From an uncultured Phycisphaerales bacterium (GTDB taxonomy: Bacteria; Planctomycetota; Phycisphaerae; Tepidisphaerales; Tepidisphaeraceae): DNA of 64,000 nucleotides. Location of the stretch: contig CAVWLP010000002.1 of NCBI GenBank assembly GCA_963755915.1, positions 3,648,001-3,712,000 on the forward strand, in the 5' to 3' direction. The position numbers and the translations under genes are program-made. A model generated the notes under the pieces. It worked only from the letters and a program-made list of their open reading frames with translations. It was not told the origin of the DNA and made no database searches. Shown piece after piece: positions 24,610 to 35,265 of the stretch (its first letter is position 1; each line of letters opens with the position of its first letter).

Positions 24610-24636
24610 GATATCAATGATATCAATGATATCAAA
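24610..24636. repeat. Three tandem 9-mers GATATCAAT
   Basis: gatatcaat-gatatcaat-gatatcaaa in the intergenic region. Confidence 0.8.
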
Positions 24637-24720
24637 ACGGGAAGGGGACAATCGAAATTTGAGCCGTCGATATTGCGACATACAACAGTCGTGGGGCAGA
24701 CCCGTCCCGGATCGGAGCGT

Positions 24721-27700
24721 CTAGGCCGGCGCGAGGGTGTCGAAGGTTTCGAGGATTAGGGAGGCGGCCGAGGATTCCGTCAGCGTTGGGGAATCGTCTT
24801 CGACCATTCCGCTGAAAGTTGAGAGGATGTAGGCGGCTTCGTCGCGGGAGATTCCGTAGAGGTGGAAATAGGCGGCGTCGAGTTCGGCGCGAAGCTGGGC
24901 AGCTCGGGGTCTTTCCATTTGTGGACCCCTTCCTTGAAGCCGGCGGCTTCGGCGAGGGGCCGCATGTCGTCGGCAGTGCAGGTCATTTTCAAAACGCGAT
25001 CGGAAATCCATTTTTCGAGGGTTTGTTTCTTGTCCCAGGGGCAGCGGTCTTCATAGGCGTCGGGAGGGAAAATCGGGAGCTGCTCGACAATAAAAAAATT
25101 CATGTGGATGTGTGGGATCTTCCGTTTGGCAACGAAATCCAATGGGATACTGTTTAGGTTAGCCAGCAAGCAGCATTGCAGCCTTATCCGGATTACAGGA
25201 TCGAACCTAATGAACGGTGCGGTGTTAGTCACTGCTACGGTCGGGATGAACGTAGCCAGCATTGTGCGGTCGTCGGTTGCACGGGTGACGTCTCGAAACG
25301 CCAGAAGTGCCGGCGGTTTCAAATCGCCGAGGCGATCATAAACGATGCCAGATTGGACCCACCAGCGGGGCTGGGCAACAAACTCAGGGTTCTGATGCTC
25401 AACCAGGGTGCTCTGATCAGTTTGTCCTTGGTTGACCCAATTTTCCTTCCGGATAAACACACTTCCGAAACGGTGGTCATAAGGGCGAAACATTTTCGCC
25501 TCGTAGAGTGGAAGGTAGTCGACTTTGCCCTTTTTCCAATGGTTCCCAATGGGTTTTGCGCCGCGCTTTTTGAGATCGGCCGGTGATAGAAAATGCTCGG
25601 CATCGTTGGTCTGGTGAAACATTGCAAGAAATCGCACTCCCCACGGATTTCCGCCGGATTTTCTCCTTTCGTCTATCAGAATCGGGACGCGTTTATATAT
25701 CGCTTTGGTCATTTCGGCGTCACGCCCGTTGCTGAAAATGGGACAAGTCATCGTGTTAGGATTCAGTAGGGCCAGATCCTTGCGCGAGAGCCGCACATGA
25801 CGGTGTTTCTCGGTCAGATCCGTAATATCGTGCGCGAAGAAAACAAAATCGGCATCAGGTGTTTTGTGATTGGCGCCTCCAAGAAGGAGTATCGAGAATT
25901 TGAAGGAGCGGTGTACGTCGCGAAAGATGGGTTTCGTGTTTTCGAAATCGTAAAGGGCAATAAGGGATTCCGTCTCGGTCAGATTATTGAAAAAGAATTT
26001 CGTCGTGTCCTCGGTGGCAATTCCGGACGGGACGAGTAACCCGACGCGGCCGGTAGCACGAACGATTTTTCTAGCGAGTTCCGCGAAGACCATGTAGGTG
26101 TTTATGTCGCCGCGGCCGGTAAGGGGGAAATGGCCGCTGGTTCGGACGTGGTCGAGGGTGCGATCGGCGGAGTCCTTGGCCTGAACATAGCTCTGATAGA
26201 GGGTTGGATTTTCCGATTCGAGGGTTGTGATGAGTTTTCGGCGTTCTGCGGCGCTGACGGCGCTGGCGATTTGAGGGGCGGCGAAGGCGAAGAATTCCCG
26301 CTCCTGCAGTTTCATTCGCTCCCATGGAGGGTTACCGATGACGCAGTCGAAGCCGCTTCCACCGGGGCGTTTGAAGATCAGGGGGAACGCTTTTTCCCAC
26401 TCCATGGCACGGGGATGGACGGCAGGGTCGGTAACGAGGCTGTTGCCGCAAACGATGTTGCCGGCGAGGTTGGCGAGCGTTCTGCCGCGGCGGGCGGAGC
26501 GAATCCACAGGGCGAGTTGGGTAATCTCGACGGCTTCGGGCGACACGTCAACGCCGAACAGGTTTTCGCTCAATATCATTTCGGAAACAGCGTCGGCCCA
26601 GGTGGATGCCGGCTGGCCGGTGTGATGGACAAGATTCTTCACGACGGCGCCATACTGCTCGTAGGCGGCAATAAGGAATGCTCCGCTGCCGCAGGCAGGA
26701 TCGACAACCGCAATTTGGCGAAGGGCGGCGAGGCATTGACGCCAATATTCAGCAAAGACGCCTGAGGGCGGCGTGCGGAGGGATTCATTGGGATCGACGC
26801 CTTGCTCTTTAGCGAGGGCGGCAAAGCGCTCGTCGATAAGCGGCTGGATGGTGTGGGCGGCGATGAAGGACGTAAATTCGGGCGGGGTATAATAGATGCC
26901 GAAGCGTTTTCGCTCGGCGCTTTTGGGCATGACGGGGAAGCGATCGGGGTCGGGGGTGAAGAAGGCCTTTGTGGCACGGAGCTTTTCGATTTCGCTGACG
27001 GATTTTTCGAAGATATGCCCGAGCACGTCGACGTTTACGTCGTCGCGAAAATCATATTTGCCGATTTCCTGGAAGATAGAGGTCCAGCTATCTTCGAGGT
27101 TGAGGTCGTCCACGTCCGGGTCGTGGGCGAAAAGGCCGCCGTTGTATCCGGTGGTCAGGTCGAGGTTGGGATGCCCCTTGTCGATGGCGTAGAAGGTGTC
27201 GAGGAAAGCGCGCCAGCGGGGGTTTGTCGCTCTGGCCAGAGGGGGTGCGCTTTTCCAGGTGGAGTCAATAAGCTTGGCGGGAAGAAGGCCGCGGTCTTGG
27301 CAGAAGGCTATGAAGATGATGCGGTCAAGAAGTTTCTGAGCGGCGCAGGGCCTGGTCGTGGGATTTGCCATGGTTGGCGATGAGTTCCTGGATGAGGCGG
27401 ATGCGCTGCTCGTTGTAATAGTTGTAAAGCTGGTCGCCGACTTCGCGCTGGCGCGTGTCTGTCCGCTGGATGAGTTCGAGTGCGCGTGGGATTTTGACAA
27501 TATGGTTGGCGAGCAGCCCACCGCGTTCGAACAGGACGTAGAAGCGGGCGAATTCTTGCGGGTCTCGAAGCTTCTGTAGCTCAAACTGCTCGAATACGCG
27601 CTGGGTTTTGTCGCGGTGGTAGAGCCGGATGGAGACAAAGTTGGAGACGATTCCCCACGGACAATCAGGAAGATTATACAGGTAGTCCCAGCACTGCTGG

Positions 27701-28158
27701 ACTGGGGTACGGCCATTGAATTTGTCGTGGTCAAGATCGGTGGAAGAGTCCTTTAATTCGATGACGGCGCGGATGGTTCGGGGCTCTACGGGGGGAAATC
27801 CGCCGAGTACCCCATCGGGGGTGCCGATTCCTGCGATGAAGAAGCTCTTTTCATATTGGTAGGATGAGGGGCTGGTTGTGCTGCTGGAATAGCGCAAGGC
27901 TTGCCCGAAGACCTCCTGTCGAAAGGCCTCGTCGAGGGAAGTTTCTTTTTTGGCGAGGTGCCCATTCGATTCAAGATCGGCCCACCGGAGGAGGATTTTA
28001 TGCGCGGCCTCGACACTGGGACCCTGGTTGATCGGTTTTGCCGCCTCTTCGTTGAGGTAGAGAGGGAGGATCAGCGGACGGTGGCTGGTTGGGGCAGTTC
28101 TCCGGAAGAGTTGTCCGGAATCCTGCTTCGGTGGGGCTTGCGGTTTGGGATTCTTCAT
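24721..28158 (-). CDS. Type IIG (Eco57I-like) fused restriction endonuclease / N6-adenine methyltransferase (frameshifts near 27350 and 24900)
   Basis: N-terminal PDGVLG...VIELK nuclease motif; GIYYTP, DPACGSGAFL (motif I), GNPPW (motif IV); C-terminal LRAELDAAYFHLYG. Confidence 0.88.
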
Positions 28159-28370
28159 CGCCGTTGCCCAGCGGGTGCCGGGCGGGAGCATCTTGGCGGA
28201 TTTTGAGTGAGGTTACAACCCTCGGTACGAGCGCAGCTTTGGGGCTGTGTTTTGCAGAAGAAGGAGAGGGGCGCTGCGCGAGAGAGTAGAGCAGTGGTAA
28301 GTAGAGCAGTAGAGGAATATGGGGGGGCTTTGCGGGGGGCGCTTTGCGAGGAAGCTGAAGTTATGTCTAA

Positions 28371-28405
28371 CGTGTCCGGCAGGACTCGAACCTGCAACCC
28401 TCGGT
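28371..28405 (-). other. Orphan tRNA 3' half (Arg/Lys-like); possible attachment-site remnant
   Basis: Minus strand ACCGA-GGGTT-GCAGG TTCGAGT CCTGC-CGGACAC-G = anticodon 3' strand, variable loop, T arm and acceptor 3' strand; no D arm or 5' half upstream. Confidence 0.7.
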
Positions 28406-28442
28406 ACTCATTCCGAGGGAGTGCCAGGGTACGATCATGGGA

Positions 28443-28955
28443 TCACCCCATCATCTTTCGAGCCAGGGTCGATTGAATCAGATTGGCGCGTTCGAGGTCC
28501 ACGTTGGTTTTGAGAATTGTGCCGCCCAGGCCCTGCAAGTGGTCGAAGATCGCGCTGGGGTTTTCGGCGACTTCCAGGACCAGCAGGGCTGAAGTTCCTG
28601 GCCGGATCATGGAGGCGATATCCTGCTTGAACGTCTCATCAATGCCCAGAGAGTTCGAACCATCCGGGGCGACGGAATCCATCATCCGGGTCAGGGCGTC
28701 ATCGCTCAACATCGGCACGGCCAGCGCGAAACCAGCCAAAAGGCCCAGCGTTCCGTTGCCCAGAAGATGATGGCGGGCCGAGAATGGGTTGCCGTTGAAG
28801 GTTAGGGAGCCGTCCGGCGACCTGACGATGATTGCGATGTCGAGCAGCCGCAGGTATTGCTGCGGACCGGCGAGAGCGACGATGACGTCGCGGGTGCGCT
28901 GGGCGCGAGTGACATCGTCATATCCAACTGCCCAAAGGTGTGCCGAGGTTGCCAT
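28443..28955 (-). CDS. DUF1269-like membrane protein
   Basis: GIDETFKQDIASMIRPGTSALLVL...GGTILKTN motif; central hydrophobic Gly-rich segment. Confidence 0.7.
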   Translation of the reverse strand: MATSAHLWAVGYDDVTRAQRTRDVIVALAGPQQYLRLLDIAIIVRSPDGSLTFNGNPFSARHHLLGNGTLGLLAGFALAVPMLSDDALTRMMDSVAPDGSNSLGIDETFKQDIASMIRPGTSALLVLEVAENPSAIFDHLQGLGGTILKTNVDLERANLIQSTLARKMMG

Positions 28956-28991
28956 GGTGATGCCCTGGCTGGTGACTCCTACTGCGGACTT

Positions 28992-30344
28992 CTAATTGTG
29001 TGACCCGACTGCCGCGGCCGTGGGTTGGGGTGGGGCGGGTAAATCGGGCGGATGTTCGGGTGATGCCTGGACCGGTTCGACTGGGCACTGGTTTATGATA
29101 AGCCGCGAGCCGCGGCCGTTTGTGAAGTAGGACCATATCCACTGCACAAATACGCTGTATCGCAGGTTTCGCTGGGCGAGATAGAGGATGTGGATGGTGG
29201 CCCAGGCCTGCCAGGCGAGGAAGCCGCTGAGCTGGACTTTGCCGGATTGGAGGACGGCATATCCCTTGCCGATGACGGCCATGTTTCCTTTGTCGAAATA
29301 GCGGAATGGTTTTGGGGCGGGTTTGCCGTCCAGGCGTCGGCGAATGAGCTTGCCGACGTATTTTCCCTGCTGCATGGCGACCTGGGCGACGCCGGGGAGG
29401 GGTTTGCCGTCCTGCATCATGGAGGCGGTGTCGCCGATGACGAAAATTTCTGGATGACCGGGAACGGAGACATCTTCGTTGACGAGTACGCGGCCGGCGC
29501 GGTCGGTGGGGACGCCGAGCCATTTTCCCGCGGGGGAAGGGGTGACGCCGGCGGTCCAGATGACGGTTTTGCCGGAGATCCGCTCGCCGGCGGTGACGAT
29601 GCCATCGGCATCGATCTGATCGACGCTTTGGCCAAGGCGGACGTCGACGCCGAGGTTTTCCAGCCGCTTTTTCGCCTTGGCGGACAAGTGCTCGGAAAAG
29701 GTGCCCAGAACGCGGGTGCCCCTGTCGACCAGGACGATTCGTGTGCTCGTGGGATCGACACGGCGGAATTCCGATTTCAGCGTGCTGCGGACCAGAGCGG
29801 CGATGGCGGCCGCCATTTCAACGCCGGTGGGTCCGGCACCGACGAGAATGAAGGTGAGAAGTTCCTGGTGCCGCTTGGGGTCCTCCTCTGCCTCGGCTTG
29901 TTCGAATGCTTTGAGGATTCGATTGTGCACCGATTCTGCATCGGCAAGGGTTTTCAATCCGGGGGCGAATTGGGCGAACTCGTTATGGCCGAAGTAACTG
30001 TGGCTGGCGCCGGTGGCGAGGATGAGATAGTCGTAGCTCACGCGAACGCCCTCGCGGTCGGAGGAATTGGCGATGATGCAGCGCTGCTGCGTGTCTACGC
30101 CGGTCACTTCGCCCAGGATAACGGTGGTGTTCGGCTGCTTGCCGAGGATGACGCGAAGGGGCGATCCGATCTGAGTCGGGGCCAATATGGATGTGGCGAC
30201 CTGGTAGAGGAGGGGTTGAAACACGTGATGGTTGTTTTGATCGAACAAGGCGATTTTGGCCGGTGCTTTGCGCAGGGCCTTGGCGGCCTCGAGTCCGCCG
30301 AAGCCTCCGCCGACGATGACGATTTCTGGTATGCGATCAGTCAT
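28992..30344 (-). CDS. ndh: Type II NADH:quinone oxidoreductase
   Basis: IVGGGFGG, FQPLLYQVAT, VGAGPTGVEMA, WTAGV, IGD, AQVAMQQG, DKGNMAVIG. Confidence 0.9.
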   Translation of the reverse strand: MTDRIPEIVIVGGGFGGLEAAKALRKAPAKIALFDQNNHHVFQPLLYQVATSILAPTQIGSPLRVILGKQPNTTVILGEVTGVDTQQRCIIANSSDREGVRVSYDYLILATGASHSYFGHNEFAQFAPGLKTLADAESVHNRILKAFEQAEAEEDPKRHQELLTFILVGAGPTGVEMAAAIAALVRSTLKSEFRRVDPTSTRIVLVDRGTRVLGTFSEHLSAKAKKRLENLGVDVRLGQSVDQIDADGIVTAGERISGKTVIWTAGVTPSPAGKWLGVPTDRAGRVLVNEDVSVPGHPEIFVIGDTASMMQDGKPLPGVAQVAMQQGKYVGKLIRRRLDGKPAPKPFRYFDKGNMAVIGKGYAVLQSGKVQLSGFLAWQAWATIHILYLAQRNLRYSVFVQWIWSYFTNGRGSRLIINQCPVEPVQASPEHPPDLPAPPQPTAAAVGSHN

Positions 30345-30527
30345 GTTTCTCCTCGTTTGGTAAGCGGGAGATGGTGGACTTGCTCAGGTTGCTTAGATCG
30401 GTGGCAATTTCGCGCAGAGCGCTTTGGATGCCTTTGACTGCGGCGGTAATGACCCATTTGGGAATATGATCGAGCCGAGTATTTGTGCCGCGAGAATGGG
30501 TTGCATGCTGTTGCATCGAACACCGCG

Positions 30528-32141
30528 TCAACGAGTGCTTTGCACCACCCAGCGAATCCCGGAGGCGATGGCGCGGCCGCGGGCAAAGAAAATCACCATA
30601 AACAGGGCGGCTGCACCGATGAGTGCCTGGTAGGCAAAAGTGTCGGCGAAGGAGTTTACTACTGATTGCATCAGGAGCCGGCCGTGGAGGATTCCCATCG
30701 AGGCGGCTTCGGCTTGAGCATGAGGGAAGCCGGTCGATTGAAAGGCGGCGGCGCCTTGTCGAAGAGCATCCTGGGCGGTGAGGTTATATAGATTAATGTT
30801 CTCTCCCAATCGGCCCGACCAGAAGCTGCGGCGCTGATCGACGAGGATGGTGAGGATGGCGATTCCCCAGCTTCCGCCAAGCTGGCGCTGGCATAAATAC
30901 AATTCCATTCCTTCGCCGATCAGGACATTTGGAACTTGGCTGTTGATGAGGGTTGAGATGGGTCCGATCTGCCAGCCGCCGCCGAAACCGGTGAGAGCGA
31001 GCGGGAGATACATCTCCTCGTCGGAGAGGTTGGTTGTGAGGCGGAAAGTCCAGACGAGCATTCCGGCCATAAAAATTGCCGCCCCGACGCCGAGCGCGGC
31101 TCGGAAGCCAAGTCGCTTCATGAGCAGAGCGCCGGCGACCAGGCCAACGGTGAACCAGATCGCGTTGACCGTCTGGAGCTTGCCGGTTCCGTAGGCGGAG
31201 TGATGTTGAACATTGCGAAGAAATTGCGGAACGAAATACATCTGGCCGAAAAGCATCATTCCGAGCATGAGCACGTAGATGGATCCCAGGACGAAGTTGC
31301 GGCTGCCGTAGGTTTTGAGGCTGATGATCGGATCGTGATTAGACGGGTGACGTTCCCACCAGATGAAAAGGGGCAGACATGTGGCGGCGAGAATGGTTAG
31401 CGTGACGATCAGCGGATCGGAAAACCAGTCGTCGCGTTCGCCGCGGCTGAGGACAATCTGCATCGATGCGAGCCAGCCGACGAGAAGCAGGAGGCCCGGA
31501 ATATCCAGGGGCACGCGGGATCGGGCTGCCTTAACGTCAGGAAAAAAGGCGATGGCCATGACCAGCGCGGCCAGCGCGAGGGGCACGTTCAGGAAAAAGA
31601 TATATCGCCAGCTATACCATTCGGTCAGGAAGCCGCCGATAAAAGCCCCGGAGGTTCGGGCAAGAATAATCACGCCGAAGGCTAGGACGAAAAGAGCTTT
31701 CAGGCGAGCCTTGCCGTCGTAGACTCGGGTGATTGCCGTCTGGGCTCGGGTCAGGAAGTTTCCACCGGCGAAGCCCATGAATCCACGGAACACCAGCATC
31801 TGGGCCAGCGTGTGGCTCATTCCGCAGCCGATCGACGAGCACATGAAGAGGACGATGGCGCCGATCATCCAGCGTCGATATCCGATCTTGTCCGCGGTCC
31901 AGTTGCTGAGAACCAGGCCGATCAGGAAGCAGACGGTATAGGTTGTGATGATCCAGCCTCCCTCGTCGAACGAGGCGGCGAGATCGCCCTGGATGTCAGG
32001 CAGCGCAACGCCGACGGCGTAGCTGGTGAGAAATTCCATCGAAGTAACGAGGGTGACGACCAAGACGATCGCCAGTTTGACGGTGCGGTCGATTGCGGGC
32101 GAGTAGGTCGTCGGAAAGAGTGGGGAGCTTACGGCAGTCAT
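30528..32141 (-). CDS. emrB: DHA2 (EmrB/QacA) MFS efflux transporter
   Basis: About 14 TM segments; VALPDIQGDL, WRYIFFLNVP, SRGERDDWFSD. Confidence 0.85.
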   Translation of the reverse strand: MTAVSSPLFPTTYSPAIDRTVKLAIVLVVTLVTSMEFLTSYAVGVALPDIQGDLAASFDEGGWIITTYTVCFLIGLVLSNWTADKIGYRRWMIGAIVLFMCSSIGCGMSHTLAQMLVFRGFMGFAGGNFLTRAQTAITRVYDGKARLKALFVLAFGVIILARTSGAFIGGFLTEWYSWRYIFFLNVPLALAALVMAIAFFPDVKAARSRVPLDIPGLLLLVGWLASMQIVLSRGERDDWFSDPLIVTLTILAATCLPLFIWWERHPSNHDPIISLKTYGSRNFVLGSIYVLMLGMMLFGQMYFVPQFLRNVQHHSAYGTGKLQTVNAIWFTVGLVAGALLMKRLGFRAALGVGAAIFMAGMLVWTFRLTTNLSDEEMYLPLALTGFGGGWQIGPISTLINSQVPNVLIGEGMELYLCQRQLGGSWGIAILTILVDQRRSFWSGRLGENINLYNLTAQDALRQGAAAFQSTGFPHAQAEAASMGILHGRLLMQSVVNSFADTFAYQALIGAAALFMVIFFARGRAIASGIRWVVQSTR

Positions 32142-33598
32142 GTCTGGGAGTTCTCCCAACCGCCGCCCAGGGCTTTGTAGAGCGCGACCAGGTCGGTTGA
32201 GACGGTTTGTGTCGCCTGGGCGAGCGCGTCTTGAGACGCATAAAGATTCCGCTGCACCTCGAGGACATCGAGGAGATCAATGATTCCATTGGAATATTCA
32301 GCCTGGGCGATCCGTAGTGCGCGCTGGTTTTCCGCGACCAGGGTGCTCAGGGAATCGCGCCGCGCCTGATCCTGCGAATAGGCGACCAGAGCGCTATCGA
32401 CGTCCTGAAGCGCTTGCAGGATCGTGGCCTCATACGCGTTGATTGCCGCCAGAACCTGTGCCTTGGCGCGATCGACGTTGGCGCGGCGTTTCCCGCCGTC
32501 GAAGATCGTCCAGTCGGCGAATGGCCCGGCATCGTAGAAACCGCTGCTGGGATCGTGCTGGCTGAAAAGCTGGCTGGCCTTGCGGCTTTCGACACCGGCG
32601 GCCCCGCCGAGAACCAGGTGCGGAAACATATCGCTCGTTGCGACGCCTTGCACGGCGGTCGCGGCGGCCAAAAGACGCTCGGCTTCCATAACATCGGGAC
32701 GGCGCTTCAGCAATTCGGAAGGCAATCCAACCGGCACTTCCGGGGGGACAGGTGGAATCGGCGCGGCGGTTAGAAGTTCGGAGGTCAATGCCGGCGGATC
32801 TTCGCCCATCAGAACCGATAGAGCGTAAATCGTCTGGCGGATGCCGGCTTCCAGCGGAGGGATGCCCGATTCGGTGGCGTCGACCTGAGCGCTGGCGCGA
32901 ACGAGATCGAAAGTCGGCGTCAGGCCGTTTTTGAGGCGTTTTTGTACGATAGCGAGCGTTCGCTGCTGGTCGGCGAGATTCTCATTGGCAATTTCGAGCC
33001 GGGCCTGCAATGCCCGCAGCGAAATATATTGATTCGCGACCTCTCCAAGGAGTATCACCTGGACGCCCCGGCGCTCGTCTTCGGTCGCTTCGGCGGTGGC
33101 TCCGGCGGCTTCAATTGTTCTGCGAACCCCTCCGAAGAGATCGACTTCGTAATTTGCGGTGAGTCCAAGGTGATAGAAGCTGCTGTCGATGCCGGGCAAT
33201 TCCCAGGGAACGCCAAAGCCGGCGCCGGGTCCATGAGTCTGGAAAAAGGCTGCGCTGAGGTCAATCGTGGGGTAAAGCTCTGATTGCGCGACACGTTCCA
33301 CGGCGCGGGCTTCGAGCACTCTAGCGGCGGCAATCTTCAATTCGTGATTCGCACCGAGCGACCGGGAGACCAGGGAGGTCAATTCCGCATCGTTGAACTT
33401 TGTCCACCAGTCGACCCAGGCCGCGTGCTGCATATCGGCGACAGAGCTTGGATTGGTCGTCGGGCGGGTCGTGGTTTCGAATTTCTCTGGAACGGGGGTG
33501 TTGGGAGCATGATATTTCGGCCCCACTTCGCAGCCCGTGCCGAGAAGAAGAGGCAGCGCCATAAAGAAACAATGGCGAATGCGAATCAGGAGCTTCAT
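32138..33598 (-). CDS. Outer-membrane efflux lipoprotein (NodT/OprM family)
   Basis: Lipobox LGTGC; WWTKFND, YEVDLFG, GLPSELLKRRPDV, LYKALGGGW. Confidence 0.9.
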   Translation of the reverse strand: MKLLIRIRHCFFMALPLLLGTGCEVGPKYHAPNTPVPEKFETTTRPTTNPSSVADMQHAAWVDWWTKFNDAELTSLVSRSLGANHELKIAAARVLEARAVERVAQSELYPTIDLSAAFFQTHGPGAGFGVPWELPGIDSSFYHLGLTANYEVDLFGGVRRTIEAAGATAEATEDERRGVQVILLGEVANQYISLRALQARLEIANENLADQQRTLAIVQKRLKNGLTPTFDLVRASAQVDATESGIPPLEAGIRQTIYALSVLMGEDPPALTSELLTAAPIPPVPPEVPVGLPSELLKRRPDVMEAERLLAAATAVQGVATSDMFPHLVLGGAAGVESRKASQLFSQHDPSSGFYDAGPFADWTIFDGGKRRANVDRAKAQVLAAINAYEATILQALQDVDSALVAYSQDQARRDSLSTLVAENQRALRIAQAEYSNGIIDLLDVLEVQRNLYASQDALAQATQTVSTDLVALYKALGGGWENSQT

Positions 33599-34737
33599 GG
33601 ATGCTCCGGCTGGCCCGACGTATCGACTGTGGCTTCGACCGACATTCCCTGAGCCAGGCTATTTAGACCCGGTTGTTGCGGCTCGAACACGATTTTCACC
33701 GGCAAGCGCTGGACGACTTTCACCCAGTTCCCGGTCGCGTTCTCCGGAGGCAGCAATTCAAATCGCGAGCCGGTGCCGGCCTGCAGGCTTTGGACTTGCG
33801 CCCGGAGTCGCAGATCGGGAAAGGCATCGACGTGCACATCAACATTCTGCCCCACCACCATGTGCTGCAATTGCACTTCCTTGAAATTGGCGATCACCCA
33901 CACATCGTCCGGAACGATCGAGAGGAGCGGCTGTCCCGCCGACACAAAATCACCCGCCTCCACATTCCTGTTGGTGACACGGCCTGAATAGGGGGCGATC
34001 ACCTTTGTGTATTGGAGTTGAAGCTGGGCGAAATGAAGTTCCGCCACCGCGGCGGCAACGCCGGATTCCGCCGTCCCGACGTTGGTTCCGGCGACATTGA
34101 ATTGCGCCTTGGCCGCAGCGAGTTTTTTCGCAGCGGCCTCGACCTGATCATTGGCGGCGTCGGCCGAGTCTTTGGAAGTTTCCAACTGCTGCTCCGAGAC
34201 ACCGTCGGTTCCCATGGCCGCATAGCGGCGATAGTCGGACTGGGTGCGATTTGCATCTGTTCGAGCGGCGTCGAGGGCGGCTTGAGCTTCGCCGACGGCG
34301 GCGTCGGCGCTCAGCACGGCGGCCCTGGCTTCCTCCACGTCGCTCTTTGCCGCCGCCAGCGCGGCCGCGGCCTGATCGACTTTCGCCTGGAAGTCCGCGG
34401 GGTCGATTTCAAGCAAAGTGTCGCCGGCCTTTACGGGCGTGTTGTCGTCGACATAGAGGTGCAGCACGGGGCCTGAAACGCGCGGGCTGATTCGAATGAC
34501 TCGCCCCTCGATGTAAGCGTCACTCGTCGACTGAAGACTGCCGCCGTATACGACGAAGGAAACGGTCGCCGCCGCGATGATCGCCAGCAGGACGATGACA
34601 ACGATTAAAATCCAGGGACGGCGGCCTTTGGGAGCGCTCACCACTTCCTGGGCCTGAGGCCCGATACGAGAGACGTGAGCCCCAGGCTGCGTATTGACGG
34701 CTTCGTTGGAATGGGATTGATCTGGCGGGGTAGTCAT
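33595..34737 (-). CDS. emrA: HlyD/EmrA membrane fusion protein
   Basis: N-terminal TM; STSDAYIEG, ANFKE, LLPPENATGNWVKVVQRLPV. Confidence 0.88.
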   Translation of the reverse strand: MTTPPDQSHSNEAVNTQPGAHVSRIGPQAQEVVSAPKGRRPWILIVVIVLLAIIAAATVSFVVYGGSLQSTSDAYIEGRVIRISPRVSGPVLHLYVDDNTPVKAGDTLLEIDPADFQAKVDQAAAALAAAKSDVEEARAAVLSADAAVGEAQAALDAARTDANRTQSDYRRYAAMGTDGVSEQQLETSKDSADAANDQVEAAAKKLAAAKAQFNVAGTNVGTAESGVAAAVAELHFAQLQLQYTKVIAPYSGRVTNRNVEAGDFVSAGQPLLSIVPDDVWVIANFKEVQLQHMVVGQNVDVHVDAFPDLRLRAQVQSLQAGTGSRFELLPPENATGNWVKVVQRLPVKIVFEPQQPGLNSLAQGMSVEATVDTSGQPEHP

Positions 34738-34781
34738 TTTTAAACGCGAGCTCCTTGCCAAGGCGCTGATAACCTCACAGT

Positions 34782-34992
34782 TCAGGTAAGCGGCGGCAGC
34801 TTCCGCAGCTTTCGTTGCAGTGTCCGCCGATGCAGGCCCAGACGACGCGCAGGATTCGGAAACATTTCCTCGACAGTCCTGCAAGATCAGTTGGATGTAA
34901 CCCCACTCGAGGCGCCCAAGGGAACAAAAATGCGAGCCCTTGGGCTTTGACACGCTCTTCAACCACAACAAAGATTCGTCGTCGATTGGCAT
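34782..34992 (-). pseudogene. Stand-alone RegA/PrrA-type Fis HTH ORF (no receiver domain; one frameshift)
   Basis: SLGRLEWGYIQLILQDCRGNVSES, then after one extra T, ARRLGLHRRTLQRKLRK-stop, matching the RegA C-terminal signature. Confidence 0.7.
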
Positions 34993-35265
34993 TTGATAAA
35001 TCCTTTCCTGAACGGAACAACGAGCCACTCACTAAGCGGAGGGCGCTCCCAATCTCATAGGCACGAGTTTGCAGTGGGGCCACACGGCTTTGGAACAATT
35101 TTGAGAGATTGTTTGAGATGACAACGTGTTTGAAATGCCAACATATTTGCATTTCCGGTGGTGCGTCTGTTAGCAATGCCAACGATTTGTTTGGCTGTCC
35201 GCACTGTCCGCTTATTGGGTGTGGATAGACGATTCCGCGCTTGCCTCGCGCCAGGAGTTTTGCTT

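Noticed and set aside
35059-35073. GGCACGAGTTTGCA as a sigma54 promoter for the oxidase operon
   Set aside because: GG-to-GC spacing is 9 nt rather than the required 10.
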